Assembly: GCA_965248265.1 (NCBI GenBank)
Contig: CBDFJF010000002.1
Location: forward strand, 3,904,001 to 3,968,000
Length of the DNA: 64,000 bases
Source: Candidatus Latescibacterota bacterium
GTDB taxonomy: Bacteria > Latescibacterota > UBA2968 > UBA8231
Reading direction: 5' to 3'
Part shown: in pieces, positions 1-9,232 of the stretch
Layout: every line of letters begins with the position of its first letter
Numbering within the stretch: position 1 is the stretch's first letter
The notes under the pieces: model-generated
What the model was told of the DNA's origin: nothing
Database searches by the model: none
The model's input: the letters and a program-made list of their open reading frames with translations, nothing else
Program-made: the position numbers and the translations under genes

Positions 1-2
1 TG

Positions 3-197
3 GGGGACGACATTGCGATTCTATATGATCCGAATGATCCTGAAAATGCGGAAGAGGACCGATTTATCAACCTGTGGGGTCCAGCAGTCATTTTTACAGG
101 ATTGGGATCGTTCTATTTCATCATGTTCTGGAGCGTAGCGTACTTTACCAAACGAAGGATGCAATCTGCGAACCAAGTACGAGAGGCGACGCCCTAG
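3..197 (+). CDS. 3' end of a membrane protein, DUF3592-like (5' part outside window)
   Basis: Own translation of frame 3: GDDIAILYDPNDPENAE...WGPAVIFTGLGSFYFIMFW, TAG at 195-197; 'V/IxYDPxxP' followed by a TM helix is typical of DUF3592. Confidence 0.6.
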   Translation, partial: GDDIAILYDPNDPENAEEDRFINLWGPAVIFTGLGSFYFIMFWSVAYFTKRRMQSANQVREATP

Positions 198-249
198 AAT
201 CGTGCCTCAGTGCTATCGTTAACCATCAACGATTTAAATTTTAGTTCTG

Positions 250-289
250 TTGGCACGATTTGGCACTTCTCATAAAAGCAGTTAAGCGT
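250..289 (+). other. Cassette left boundary (attI-like or degenerate attC R' core GTTAAGC)
   Basis: GTTAAGCGT (281-289) is the exact reverse complement of ACGCTTAAC (867-875); preceded by CATAAAAGCA and TTGGCAC direct repeats at 250-256 and 260-266. Confidence 0.5.
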
Positions 290-342
290 CATAAAGCTAA
301 TACACTCGTAGAATCCATATAGTCTTTGTTCCATAGGAAGGG

Positions 343-874
343 ATGATAGGATTGAGGCGCGGCGTGGTTACGCTCAGCTCGCACGATCCAGACTGGCTCG
401 GTTTGGGCGCAGATGCTTGCCGAGATGTCACGAAAGCCTGCGGCGACTTGATGGTTGTTGTTGAGCATGTTGGAAGCACTTCGGTACCTGGTCTGGTCGC
501 CAAACCCATTATTGATGTTGCTCTCGGCTTTCAGTCCAAGGAACTAGCTCCTGCTTTGATACATTCACTCACCAGTGCTGGGTTCATCTATCGCGGCGAA
601 GGCGAAGGAAGCGTCGGACTTGTGTTTGTTTGGGAGTCGGAGCCGGATGTGAGAACCATCCATGTGCATGCCGTGCTTCATGCCTCATCTCATTGGGCAG
701 GACTACATTGTTTTTCGGGATATTCTCCGAGCGGACGCAACAGTCCGCGAGGAGTACGCGCAGCTGAAGCTCATGAATGCCCAAGCGTTCGCCCATGACC
801 GCAAGGGGTACACCTCAGCGAAAGAGAAGTTTGTTCAGGGCGTACTGTCCCGAAGTGATCTTTACAACGCTTAA
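343..874 (+). pseudogene. GrpB family (UPF0157) nucleotidyltransferase-like gene, frameshifted near 697
   Basis: ORF 343-798 has EHVGSTSVPGLVAKPIID; the C-terminus DYIVFRDILR...EYAQLK...YTSAKEKFV lies in another frame (ORF 662-874); one extra G in CATTGGGCAG. Confidence 0.8.
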
Positions 875-959
875 CAGCACCGTTCGCGCTGCGCGCCTTT
901 CGGCGCTTGGCCTTCGGCAACCCGCATGCGCGGGTTCGCAAACCGGCAAAACGTTAAAT
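869..959 (+). other. attC site 1 (integron cassette recombination site)
   Basis: R'' GCTTAAC overlaps the stop codon, imperfect inverted repeat, R' GTTAAAT at 953-959. Confidence 0.85.
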
Positions 960-983
960 GACATGGGTTGAAGAGATCGCATT

Positions 984-1499
984 ATGCCATCAACTGTGCC
1001 GCGCACACGAAAGCAACTTTTGGACGTTGTAGAAACCGGATACGCAGAATTGCAAGCCGAGCTTGCCAAGGGCGACCCGAGACTTGGGAATGTAGTTTGC
1101 GTCGACGACTGGACCGTTAAGGAATTGCTTGCGGTGCGTTGTTGGTGGAGCGAAGCCGTCGTGTCGTGGGTCCGCACTGCACGCGACGGAGGAGAGTTGG
1201 ATCTTCCAGCTCCAGGTTTCAAATGGAACGAAACGCCCAAACTGAACGCCAGCATCGCCCGTCGGTCCAAGCGAGAGACATATCTTGGCGTCAAAAGGCG
1301 CCTTGACAAAGCCTATCAAGATGTGCTGGTGTTAATCGGTGAGTTGTCGGACCGGGAGCTGTGCAAGCCAGGCGTCCTTGGCTGGACAGTAAAATGCGCG
1401 GCATGTCAGTTGATTGCTCTAAACACGGCGCGGCAATACTGTACAGCTCGGACCTTCATTCGACGCACTCTTAAATCCATGCAGGACGCCGTGCACTGA
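984..1499 (+). CDS. ClbS/DfsB (DUF1706/DinB-like) four-helix bundle protein, cassette gene
   Basis: MP..PRTRKQLL, WTVKELLA, LPAPGFKWNETPKLN motifs. Confidence 0.75.
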   Translation: MPSTVPRTRKQLLDVVETGYAELQAELAKGDPRLGNVVCVDDWTVKELLAVRCWWSEAVVSWVRTARDGGELDLPAPGFKWNETPKLNASIARRSKRETYLGVKRRLDKAYQDVLVLIGELSDRELCKPGVLGWTVKCAACQLIALNTARQYCTARTFIRRTLKSMQDAVH

Positions 1500-1754
1500 A
1501 GAGACGCTTGGATTCCGGATTTATTGACTCTTCATGGACTTGAGAGACAAGGACTGGTGTTGGGTGTCAGGGAACAATGTCCGACGTCATTTAAAAGCAG
1601 ATAACCGTCATGGCTATGAGATGCTGATCACATTGATCGAGATGAACTTATTGGGTGAAACCGGTCTCTGGGCACATGCCCTTCCCCTTTTCGCCGCCGA
1701 TGACAACAGGCAGTAAAAATCATTGAGCGGCCCTCCGCAGGCGCTCAAAAATGA

Positions 1755-2363
1755 ATGGAGAGCTTGATGGCAACTACTGAGACAGCGCTACTACTGCTTG
1801 ACCTCCAAAACGAGATTGTCGATCCGAAAGGGAAAGCAGGTGCAGAAGGCCTCGCTGGTCCGGTCGCCGAACGGAAAATTCTTGAACGGACAGCCGACTT
1901 GTTGAAGGCGGTTCGGACGAGAGGAATAGCGGTAATTCATGTGGTGGTCTGTTATCGTCCAGGCCACCCCGAGTTGCCACAGGCGGTGCCATTGGCCGAA
2001 TGGTTCAGAGAGGATGAATTATTGGTTGAAGGGAGTTGGGGAGCCCAGATACATCCCTTGGTCGCACCTTTCCCGAACGAAATTGTTGTAACCAAACGAG
2101 GGATCAGCGCCTTTGCCAGTTCAGACCTAGATGTCGTCCTCAGATCGTTGGGGATTTCGACAATAGTTCTGGCTGGAGTCGCAACGCGCTTTGTCGTTGA
2201 AGGGACGGCGCGAGATGCCTTTGAGAAGGGGTTTTCGTACATAGTGCTGGAAGACTGCTGTGCGAGCAGTAGTCCAGCGATGCATGAATCAGCGATTTCT
2301 TTCATGTCTAATTTTGGGGAGATCACTACCTCAAAGGAATGGTTACAAACCCTCGAGATATAG
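1755..2363 (+). CDS. Isochorismatase-family cysteine hydrolase, cassette gene
   Basis: LLLLDLQNE, VTKRGISAF, VLAGVAT, VLEDCCAS motifs. Confidence 0.9.
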   Translation: MESLMATTETALLLLDLQNEIVDPKGKAGAEGLAGPVAERKILERTADLLKAVRTRGIAVIHVVVCYRPGHPELPQAVPLAEWFREDELLVEGSWGAQIHPLVAPFPNEIVVTKRGISAFASSDLDVVLRSLGISTIVLAGVATRFVVEGTARDAFEKGFSYIVLEDCCASSSPAMHESAISFMSNFGEITTSKEWLQTLEI

Positions 2364-2376
2364 GAGATTGCCCGTC

Positions 2377-2481
2377 GTCTAACAGCACGGTGATGCGCTG
2401 CGCCGCATGCGCGGCTTGGCCTTCGGCAACCACTCTTCGCTATGCGCTCAGAGCGGTCCGCAAACCGGCAAGGCGTTACGC
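2377..2481 (+). other. attC site 2
   Basis: GTCTAAC...GTTACGC; shares TAACAGCAC, GCTTGGCCTTCGGCAAC and CGCAAACCGGCAA with attC 1. Confidence 0.85.
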
Positions 2482-2614
2482 GCAAGCTGAATCACCCGGG
2501 TTTCTCCGGATGCTCGATTGTGTGAGTCACGAAGTCAGCGAGTACTGCGTCCCTGGCAACTGCACTGCGTCTGCTTAGTCCGCAGGGCACTTTCTCTAAG
2601 ATCAAGAGGCAAGA

Positions 2615-3025
2615 GTGACTGAAGACCTCGATGTCCTACGTCAGATACTGCTCGAGTTCTGCGACGCGGAGCGGGTCGAGTTCGATGTCGCCTCGATTGA
2701 GGAATATCCCTCTGCTAGGCCGCCATTCAAGGCTCGCTGGAACGACGATGAAATCGTAGCGATCGAGATTGCCGAAGTCAGTCCCGGAGGCGGTCTTCCA
2801 CCGGTGTACTATGAATACATGGAACTCCCACGTTCGGAGGCGCCCGTGGATTTGCTCCTCCACTGTGAGAGCTGCCCACAGCCTGAGCCGGAACCAGGCG
2901 CAGCCGATAGCTTGAGGCAGTTGGAAGTCGATCTGCTCCTGCGTGGAGGAAGCCGACGGCAACCTTTCAGGAGACTGTGGCTCTACGAGCGGTCGACGAA
3001 GCAAGTATTGGGTTGTTATTACTGA
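2615..3025 (+). CDS. Hypothetical protein (cassette)
   Basis: 136-aa ORF with GTG start after an AG-rich RBS-like stretch, located between attC sites. Confidence 0.6.
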   Translation: MTEDLDVLRQILLEFCDAERVEFDVASIEEYPSARPPFKARWNDDEIVAIEIAEVSPGGGLPPVYYEYMELPRSEAPVDLLLHCESCPQPEPEPGAADSLRQLEVDLLLRGGSRRQPFRRLWLYERSTKQVLGCYY

Positions 3026-3039
3026 GGCGGTAAAACACC

Positions 3040-3615
3040 TTGTCCAATAGAGGTTTACTAAACCTTCCCGAGGAATTCGAGGACATTTTAACCGCGCAGG
3101 TCTTGCCCGGTCAGGGCAGGCCTATCGACTGGCCGCCACACCTAGCAAAGCATGAGTTCCTAGAGTTTTTGGTCCGACGCAATTATTGTCTGCACGGCTC
3201 TACCCACAAGAGCCTAACCATTCTGGAACCAAGGACGGCAAGTAGTCCGGTTGCAGGACAAGCAGAGACTGCTGTGTATGTCACTACGGATACACTCATG
3301 GCCCTATTTTTTGCAATCTTAGATAGATCAAAGATTTCATTCTTCGCTACCCGCTCTGATCCATCCTTTTTCTTTCTTTCTCCAGGGGCACTCCACCTGA
3401 AGCCGTGGACCGATGGCATGGTCTATATCTTCAAGCGGGACGATTTTGAATTTGCTGGCGGGCATCATGTGAGCTACCAACCCGTATCACCCGATGCGAA
3501 ATTGCAGTTGTCACCGTGCGACTTTCCTCTCTTCAATAGGATTTACGAGATTGAGAGTCTTGAGGAGACAGACGAGAAGTTCGAGAAGCTCAAAACCGAA
3601 TTCTACAGCCGATAA
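3040..3615 (+). CDS. Hypothetical protein, possible ADP-ribosyltransferase-like fold
   Basis: YCLHGST...LEPR...AVYVTTD...ALFFAI pattern; stop codon overlaps the attC 3 R'' box. Confidence 0.6.
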   Translation: MSNRGLLNLPEEFEDILTAQVLPGQGRPIDWPPHLAKHEFLEFLVRRNYCLHGSTHKSLTILEPRTASSPVAGQAETAVYVTTDTLMALFFAILDRSKISFFATRSDPSFFFLSPGALHLKPWTDGMVYIFKRDDFEFAGGHHVSYQPVSPDAKLQLSPCDFPLFNRIYEIESLEETDEKFEKLKTEFYSR

Positions 3616-3690
3616 CAGCGGGTTGATGCTGCGCGCCATACGGCGCTTGGCCCTCCGGGCAACCCCTTCGGGGGTTCATCAACCCAGCGG
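3610..3690 (+). other. attC site 3, truncated (no GTT R' box)
   Basis: CGATAACAGCGGGTTGATG...CATCAACCC stem with the shared GCTGCGCGCC..CGGCGCTTGGCC core; GTTRRRY is absent. Confidence 0.7.
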
Positions 3691-3694
3691 GGAA

Positions 3695-5017
3695 TCAGTC
3701 GGTCCCGCCGATGCAGTACAGGTGGGTCCCGGTGCGGATGAACAGCTGGTCTCCGGCCACCGCCATCGACGACAGGGTGAGGCTGCCGTCGAGTTCGTTG
3801 ACGTCCAGCTGCTGCAGCTTCGGTCCGGCGGCGAGGACCGTGGTGACGCCGTCCTCATTGGTGACGTACAGCTTGCCGTCCGCGAGCACGGGAGAGGCGC
3901 TGACTGAGCCTTCGGATGTGCGGTGAGGTCCCCACGTGAGGCGGCCAGTGGCGGCGTCAAGGCAGGTCACCTTCCCGCGGTCATCGACCATGTAGAAGTA
4001 ACCCTTGTCCGCGACCGGCGTAGGCACGTCAGGGGCGCCGGCGCCGGTCCAGCTCCAGGCCAAATCGTCGCTCGATACCGTCTCCGAGGCGCCGAGACGG
4101 AAGGCCTGCAACGGTTTCTCCACGGTCGGCACGAACAGCATGTCGCCGGCCACGACGGGCGAACCGACGATCCGGCAGGCGCCCCACTTCTCCGGATTGA
4201 GGCCACCGACGCGCCACACCTCCACACCGGTCGCCGGGTCGTGGGCGGTCACGTAATCGGCCCCGGACACCACGATCTCGCGCCGACCGTCACGCTCGAT
4301 GAGCACGGGCGTGGTGTAGGCGTCCGGCGACTCGGCGACCGCATCCGTATGACGCTCTCGACGCCACAGCACCTCCCCCGTGGCCGTGTCCAGGGCGATG
4401 ACGTAAGAAGGGTTGCCCGCCTGCTCCCCGTGGAGGACTGCGAGGATGAGCCTGCTTTCCGTGAGCAAGGGCGACGATGCATACCCGAACTGCATCCCGA
4501 ACCGGCCGTATTGCTCCTGCAAGTCCCGTCGCCAGACCACGTTTCCACCCATGTCCAGGGCGGTCACGAGTCCGGCGCCAGTGACCGTCCATACGTGCCT
4601 GCCATCGGTGACCGGAGACGGCGAGGTGTTGTCGTGCTTCCTGTGCATCTGGTTGCCGGTATCGAGTGATCGGCGCCAGAGCTCCGCGCCATCCGCTCTG
4701 GCGAGACACAAGAGCAACAGCGCATCCTCACCCGGGTCGTGTCCGGTCTCCGACGACTGAGTTCCCTCCACGGGCCTGCTCGCGGAGGTGACCAACACCC
4801 GATCTCCCCACACCACCGGCGAGCCGCCGCTCCACGACGGCAGCGGTGCCGACCAGGCGATGTTCTCGGCGGCGCTCCAGCTTGTGGGCAAGCCCGTCGA
4901 CGCACTGACGCCATTTCCGTGAGGGCCGCGCCACTGCGGCCAGTTCACATCGGCTTCGGTGTGCACGCTCCAGATCAGTGCGATAAGTACCGCAGCGCTT
5001 GTGCCACGCATAACCAT
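3695..5017 (-). CDS. Secreted PQQ-binding-like beta-propeller (BamB-like) protein
   Basis: Signal peptide, NWPQWRGP, repeated SPV..G..v.a.D..TG..W blades; start chosen at MVMRG. Confidence 0.9.
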   Translation of the reverse strand: MVMRGTSAAVLIALIWSVHTEADVNWPQWRGPHGNGVSASTGLPTSWSAAENIAWSAPLPSWSGGSPVVWGDRVLVTSASRPVEGTQSSETGHDPGEDALLLLCLARADGAELWRRSLDTGNQMHRKHDNTSPSPVTDGRHVWTVTGAGLVTALDMGGNVVWRRDLQEQYGRFGMQFGYASSPLLTESRLILAVLHGEQAGNPSYVIALDTATGEVLWRRERHTDAVAESPDAYTTPVLIERDGRREIVVSGADYVTAHDPATGVEVWRVGGLNPEKWGACRIVGSPVVAGDMLFVPTVEKPLQAFRLGASETVSSDDLAWSWTGAGAPDVPTPVADKGYFYMVDDRGKVTCLDAATGRLTWGPHRTSEGSVSASPVLADGKLYVTNEDGVTTVLAAGPKLQQLDVNELDGSLTLSSMAVAGDQLFIRTGTHLYCIGGTD

Positions 5018-5177
5018 GGACTCCCGTGTTTTCTGGCGAATTCGGTTGACGACCACTCAGTGTCGCCCGGGTTGCCATGGGGTCGGGCGCCCGTTCCCGG
5101 ACCGTGAGTATGGCAGCCAGTCATGAATATCTCGCAAGGACGCCCATCAGTCTATCAGGACGATGCCCGCACGGCAT

Positions 5178-5357
5178 TTACGGAACCAACAACAGCTTGC
5201 TGGTATGCGCCGTCCGATTGCTGCTTCGTAGCCGCGACAGATATATGCCAGTGCCCAACATGCGGCCCCGGCTGTCTCGCCCGTTCCAGAAGACGTTGTA
5301 CGTTCCGGCGAGGCGGGGTCCGGACACCAGCGTCGTGACCTTCTGCCCCGCCAAGTC
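5178..5357 (-). pseudogene. Orphan FlgD-Ig/T9SS-CTD-like C-terminal domain remnant
   Basis: Own translation: DLAGQKVTTLVSGPRLAGTYNVFWNGRDSRGRMLGTGIYLSRL...KLLLVP*; out of frame with the upstream gene and has no start codon. Confidence 0.8.
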
Positions 5358-7102
5358 TACTGCCCCATCGGCGTGAGCCGCTCTACGAGCTGCGCCTCTG
5401 CTGGCACATCGAAGGCGAACAATCCTTTCGGCAGTTCTCCATCGATTTCGATGGCTACGTGCTTTTCCAACCGTCTCTTGACGATTTCCTCGCGCTGCCC
5501 AGCCGGGCTCTCAGTGAGTCCCGCGGCTGCGTCCACCCTTTGCTCGAACTCTACCTGACGGATCAGGTGATCATCCTGGCCCACCCACACTCGCATCGTG
5601 ATCGGATCATTTTCGGCGCCTGCGATTCTCGACATGTGCAGGGCCCTGGGGAAACGGTCTACCTCGAGCACGGTGGTCTGCGTCCCGTCCAGCTCGTCTG
5701 AGCCCACCATGCGCATGGCCGTCGTTCCGGTCATGAGCTCAGACAGCGGATCCTCGCTCAAGAGCAGTCGCAGCACGAGCCCGTCCAGAGGCATGCCCAT
5801 GGGTACCACGGCGTGCACGTCCGACCGCGAGAGTGTACCAGGCGCCTTCCGTTGCACATACTGCTTCCGGTCGAAAATCATACCCCGATCCAGGCCTGCG
5901 AAGAGCGTCTTGCCGTCGCTCACCACGACCAAGTCTCCACCTCGGGCTTCGTGATCCGTGACTCGGATTCGGTTCGGGCGTTCGAAGGCCAGCGTCGTGG
6001 GTCGGGCGCCATGCTGCTTCGCCATGCCATACCACACCGTTCTGATGTGAAGCGTCGTATCACGGTAGCTCCGCAGGCCGGCATACCGCGTCGCCACCTC
6101 GCGAAGCTCGTCCGGGATCGACAGCGGTGTCGCCACCAGCTCGACCTGCGCGTCACCAGACAAGGTGACATTGAGCGTCTCGCCCTCCCTGGCCCCGAAC
6201 CCCGGCAGTACCCCGATCGCATACCTGCCAGGCAGAAGATCCACGTGGAAGGCGCCATTTGCGTCCGTTCGAGCAGAGGCAGTGAGACGCCCTTCACGCA
6301 TGATACCGAGGACGAGCGCGTGGAAAGCCTCGCCCTCCAGTGTGCGCACCGTCCCCGTCAACGCTGCGGCTCGGCCCCGGGGAAGCGGCGCCACCGGCAC
6401 CAGCTCTCCGGTCGGGAACTGGCCTCCAGTCTGGACGGCCACTTTCGCCAACTCACCGGCTCTCCAGGAGATCCAGCTGCTCCGCGCCCCGCCATCTGCA
6501 TCAGCCACTGCGATGGCGAGTCCGACTGTGTCACCCGGGGTCGCCTCGAGCGGGATGGACCACTCGTAGACCGTCGTCGTCCCGAGCCGAACGACGGCGC
6601 CTTTGACATCGTAGCTCCCCGTACCGGGTGGAAATGACTGCGGTCCAGGATTCCGTTCGTGGCTGTCCCGACTCGGACCGACCCCCATGAAATAACGCTG
6701 CGCATCACCCGAGGTGCTGTGTTCGTCCACCCCGAGCACACAGCCGTCTTGGTCCTGGAACGGCAGGCCGAGTTCATCGTCCTCGACTACGACGGCCACG
6801 TACAGGTCGCCCGTGGCTTCGTCGTATCCCGTGTGAAAGCGCCCGGTGAAGTCCGCAGGACCATTGGGCGGTTCCCCTTGCAGGTGCGGAGAGGCCTCCC
6901 CGACTTCGGCGATAGGATGGGACACCATCCGCTCGGGCCAGTCTTCGAGCCTGCCATCGATGACGATGCCCCTCAGTGGGACTGCGTCTGCAAGGTACGG
7001 CTCATCACCTGCCGCCGACCAGGGCCGTCCTGCAACCGGGCAGAGGATCAGGAGCATCGTCCATCGAACTGTGCAAAGCGTCAGTGATCTGATATGGCTC
7101 AT
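5357..7102 (-). CDS. Secreted multidomain protein: CBM9/DOMON-like + carboxypeptidase-regulatory-like + LolA/DUF2092-like
   Basis: IDGRLEDW...LYVAVVVEDD; GTVRT..G...TDANGAF..LLPGRY; AFERPNRIRV...WVGQDDHLIRQ...FAFDVPAEA. Confidence 0.75.
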   Translation of the reverse strand: MSHIRSLTLCTVRWTMLLILCPVAGRPWSAAGDEPYLADAVPLRGIVIDGRLEDWPERMVSHPIAEVGEASPHLQGEPPNGPADFTGRFHTGYDEATGDLYVAVVVEDDELGLPFQDQDGCVLGVDEHSTSGDAQRYFMGVGPSRDSHERNPGPQSFPPGTGSYDVKGAVVRLGTTTVYEWSIPLEATPGDTVGLAIAVADADGGARSSWISWRAGELAKVAVQTGGQFPTGELVPVAPLPRGRAAALTGTVRTLEGEAFHALVLGIMREGRLTASARTDANGAFHVDLLPGRYAIGVLPGFGAREGETLNVTLSGDAQVELVATPLSIPDELREVATRYAGLRSYRDTTLHIRTVWYGMAKQHGARPTTLAFERPNRIRVTDHEARGGDLVVVSDGKTLFAGLDRGMIFDRKQYVQRKAPGTLSRSDVHAVVPMGMPLDGLVLRLLLSEDPLSELMTGTTAMRMVGSDELDGTQTTVLEVDRFPRALHMSRIAGAENDPITMRVWVGQDDHLIRQVEFEQRVDAAAGLTESPAGQREEIVKRRLEKHVAIEIDGELPKGLFAFDVPAEAQLVERLTPMGQ

Positions 7103-7178
7103 TGCTGTGGCTCCTGTCGAGTATGCCAACCGGACCCATACAGTTGTCCAACTGTTTGCACGATGCAAGCCGCCGACG

Positions 7179-7207
7179 TGACCTGCAGATAATGAGTCCG
7201 ATGGTCA
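7179..7207. repeat. 29-bp 11-7-11 palindromic site, copy 1
   Basis: TGACCTGCAGA-TAATGAG-TCCGATGGTCA; intergenic, just past the stop of 7224-7895. Confidence 0.65.
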
Positions 7208-7223
7208 ATACTAGCACTGCAGG

Positions 7224-7895
7224 TCAATACGCAGCTTTCACTTGCCCCCAACTCCGCGCTGCCACCACAGTGACCGGGTTCAACCGACGATACACCGTCT
7301 CGAAGCCATCCTCGTCCATGAGGACGAGCGTGTCGCCGTCAAGGCTGAACTCGGTACCTTCTATGAAATTGAGGGTGGTCTCAAAGAACTCCTCCAGGTT
7401 GATCCGCACGTTGACATGGGGTCCCTGGCCTAGGCCAGGCAGTTCGACCACTTCCCGTTCCAGAGCCGCCCAGAAGTTCTCTTCGTTGAGCCCGCTGTAG
7501 CTTACACTGAAATCTGTTGCAGAGAGGCTGAATTGTGTGCCCGTGACCTCCCAGCGGCCAGTCATGACGAATCTCACACGGAACCCCTCTGTGAAGAAGG
7601 GCGTATCCGGCAGTTCGGCCAACTCCCCGTTCGCAAGAGACACAGAGACAAAATCCGGCCCAAAGTGTGCCTCGATCGTCAGCTCCGCTGTGCCATCCTC
7701 TTTGACGGCGAGCCGATTGGACCCGTCCCCTTCCGCTATCAGGTGTACCCACGTGCTAACCAGCCCATCTTGGGCATGCACAGCGGAGGAGGCAATGCAG
7801 ATCGCGGCGAAAAGCGCACCAAATGATGTCACGAGTGCAGCCCCAAACCCTCTACGATTGCATGATGTATCCCGTTTCACCGTAGCAGCGAGCAT
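7224..7895 (-). CDS. Secreted protein with Tat-like signal and C-terminal SWGQVKA tail
   Basis: NRRGFG followed by a hydrophobic stretch and VHA; ends VTVVAARSWGQVKAAY. Confidence 0.75.
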   Translation of the reverse strand: MLAATVKRDTSCNRRGFGAALVTSFGALFAAICIASSAVHAQDGLVSTWVHLIAEGDGSNRLAVKEDGTAELTIEAHFGPDFVSVSLANGELAELPDTPFFTEGFRVRFVMTGRWEVTGTQFSLSATDFSVSYSGLNEENFWAALEREVVELPGLGQGPHVNVRINLEEFFETTLNFIEGTEFSLDGDTLVLMDEDGFETVYRRLNPVTVVAARSWGQVKAAY

Positions 7896-7899
7896 TTGA

Positions 7900-9168
7900 T
7901 CACCGACTGAACGAGGCTTTGATTCGGCCCCAGGTTTCACTTTCCGCCGCGGGTTCCAGTCTCTTACCCGCACAATCGCCTGACAACGGTTCGTCGATCC
8001 AGCGCGTGAGTCGCCACAGGCCGTCATCGCCCTGGCGCAGCTTGAAGTTCATGTTCTGGTCGACGCGGACGCCTTCGTCCGGGGCGGACAGCAGCAGTAT
8101 CTGCACGCGGCCGCGAAAGACCTCCCAGTCCTCGTCTGTATGGCCGTCGGGGTCCCCCTCGAAGGCGATGGGAAAATCCCGTCCCAGCTCGGTCCAGCGC
8201 TCGATCAGAACGAACTCGTACTCAATCGTTCTGAAAAAGTCGAAGAGGCCCTGGCGCGAGCCATCGCGCGGACTCATGATCTCGAGCTCCTCTTCCTTCC
8301 CGTTCGCGAACACGAGGTCGCCCAGGCAATCGCCCTCGGTGAACCAGAAGTCGTTATCGAGCAGGGTCTCGTAGAGCTCCTTGTCACGCTCGTTGAAGGC
8401 GCGCTCGAGATTGTCCATGGCAGTCTCTGAGGTGCTGGCTGGGCTCGGCTGAGACGCCACAACAAAATCCATTGTCGTGTCTTCTGTAATAAGAACGCCT
8501 GTTTGCTCGAACGGCTCGATGGATGGTCCGGTGATCGTAACCCGAAACCTGTGTGACTGGTCTTGCATTAATTTGGCGGCTATTCCAACAACGGTGGGAA
8601 GCCCAGGTTTGGGTGAGAGACCGACAGCCCCGTCAGTCAGGCTCATCTTGCGCGTGTCAACGAAGTGGCCTGAGATAAGCCTGTAGAAATACACCCCAGC
8701 AGCAACTCCACGTGCTGACTCATCGCGGGCGTCCCACTGTATTGAATGGTGGCCTGCATCCTGCCAATTATCAAGCAATGTGATCACACGATGTCCGAGA
8801 ATGTTGTAGATCTCTATTGTGGTATGACCGGCTGTTGCCAGACTGTAGGAGATAATCGTTGAGGGATTGAACGGGTTGGGATAGTTCTGGTTTAGGTTGG
8901 ACGAGGCTGGGGTCGGTTTGCTCTCGCTCTGTACGGCGGTGGCGATTCGTAGGTCAATCCGGTAGTGACCTTGTTCGTCAGTGACATCACTGAATCGCTC
9001 GTTTGGGCTGGCTTCATTTATGAAAGTTACTTCGACGCCTGTAACGTCCGAGCCGTCAGCACGGCTCACAGTGCCGGACACCTCCAAGCTCCACGAAGGT
9101 CCGCTCAGAAACAGGATGGCAAACAGACCGGTGAGAAGTCTCGCGCAAGCATTTTTTCGATGTCGCAT
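7900..9168 (-). CDS. Secreted protein: carboxypeptidase-regulatory-like + internal FlgD-Ig + NTF2-like, with TWGRIKA tail
   Basis: Signal peptide; NQNYPNPFNPST...WDARDESARGVAAGVYFYRL; ends ETWGRIKASFSR. Confidence 0.8.
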   Translation of the reverse strand: MRHRKNACARLLTGLFAILFLSGPSWSLEVSGTVSRADGSDVTGVEVTFINEASPNERFSDVTDEQGHYRIDLRIATAVQSESKPTPASSNLNQNYPNPFNPSTIISYSLATAGHTTIEIYNILGHRVITLLDNWQDAGHHSIQWDARDESARGVAAGVYFYRLISGHFVDTRKMSLTDGAVGLSPKPGLPTVVGIAAKLMQDQSHRFRVTITGPSIEPFEQTGVLITEDTTMDFVVASQPSPASTSETAMDNLERAFNERDKELYETLLDNDFWFTEGDCLGDLVFANGKEEELEIMSPRDGSRQGLFDFFRTIEYEFVLIERWTELGRDFPIAFEGDPDGHTDEDWEVFRGRVQILLLSAPDEGVRVDQNMNFKLRQGDDGLWRLTRWIDEPLSGDCAGKRLEPAAESETWGRIKASFSR

Positions 9169-9232
9169 TTGTCAGGCTATTACCTCCCTCGTGGTATGTC
9201 CGTCGTTGTCTCAATCCGAGGCGCGTGATTCG

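Noticed and set aside
1534-1716. 60-aa ORF as a real cassette gene
   Set aside because: Spans the vestigial attC box; probably a chimeric remnant
869-3690. Repeats as a CRISPR array or REP elements
   Set aside because: Spacing is gene-sized, no cas genes are present, and RYYYAAC/GTTRRRY ends fit attC
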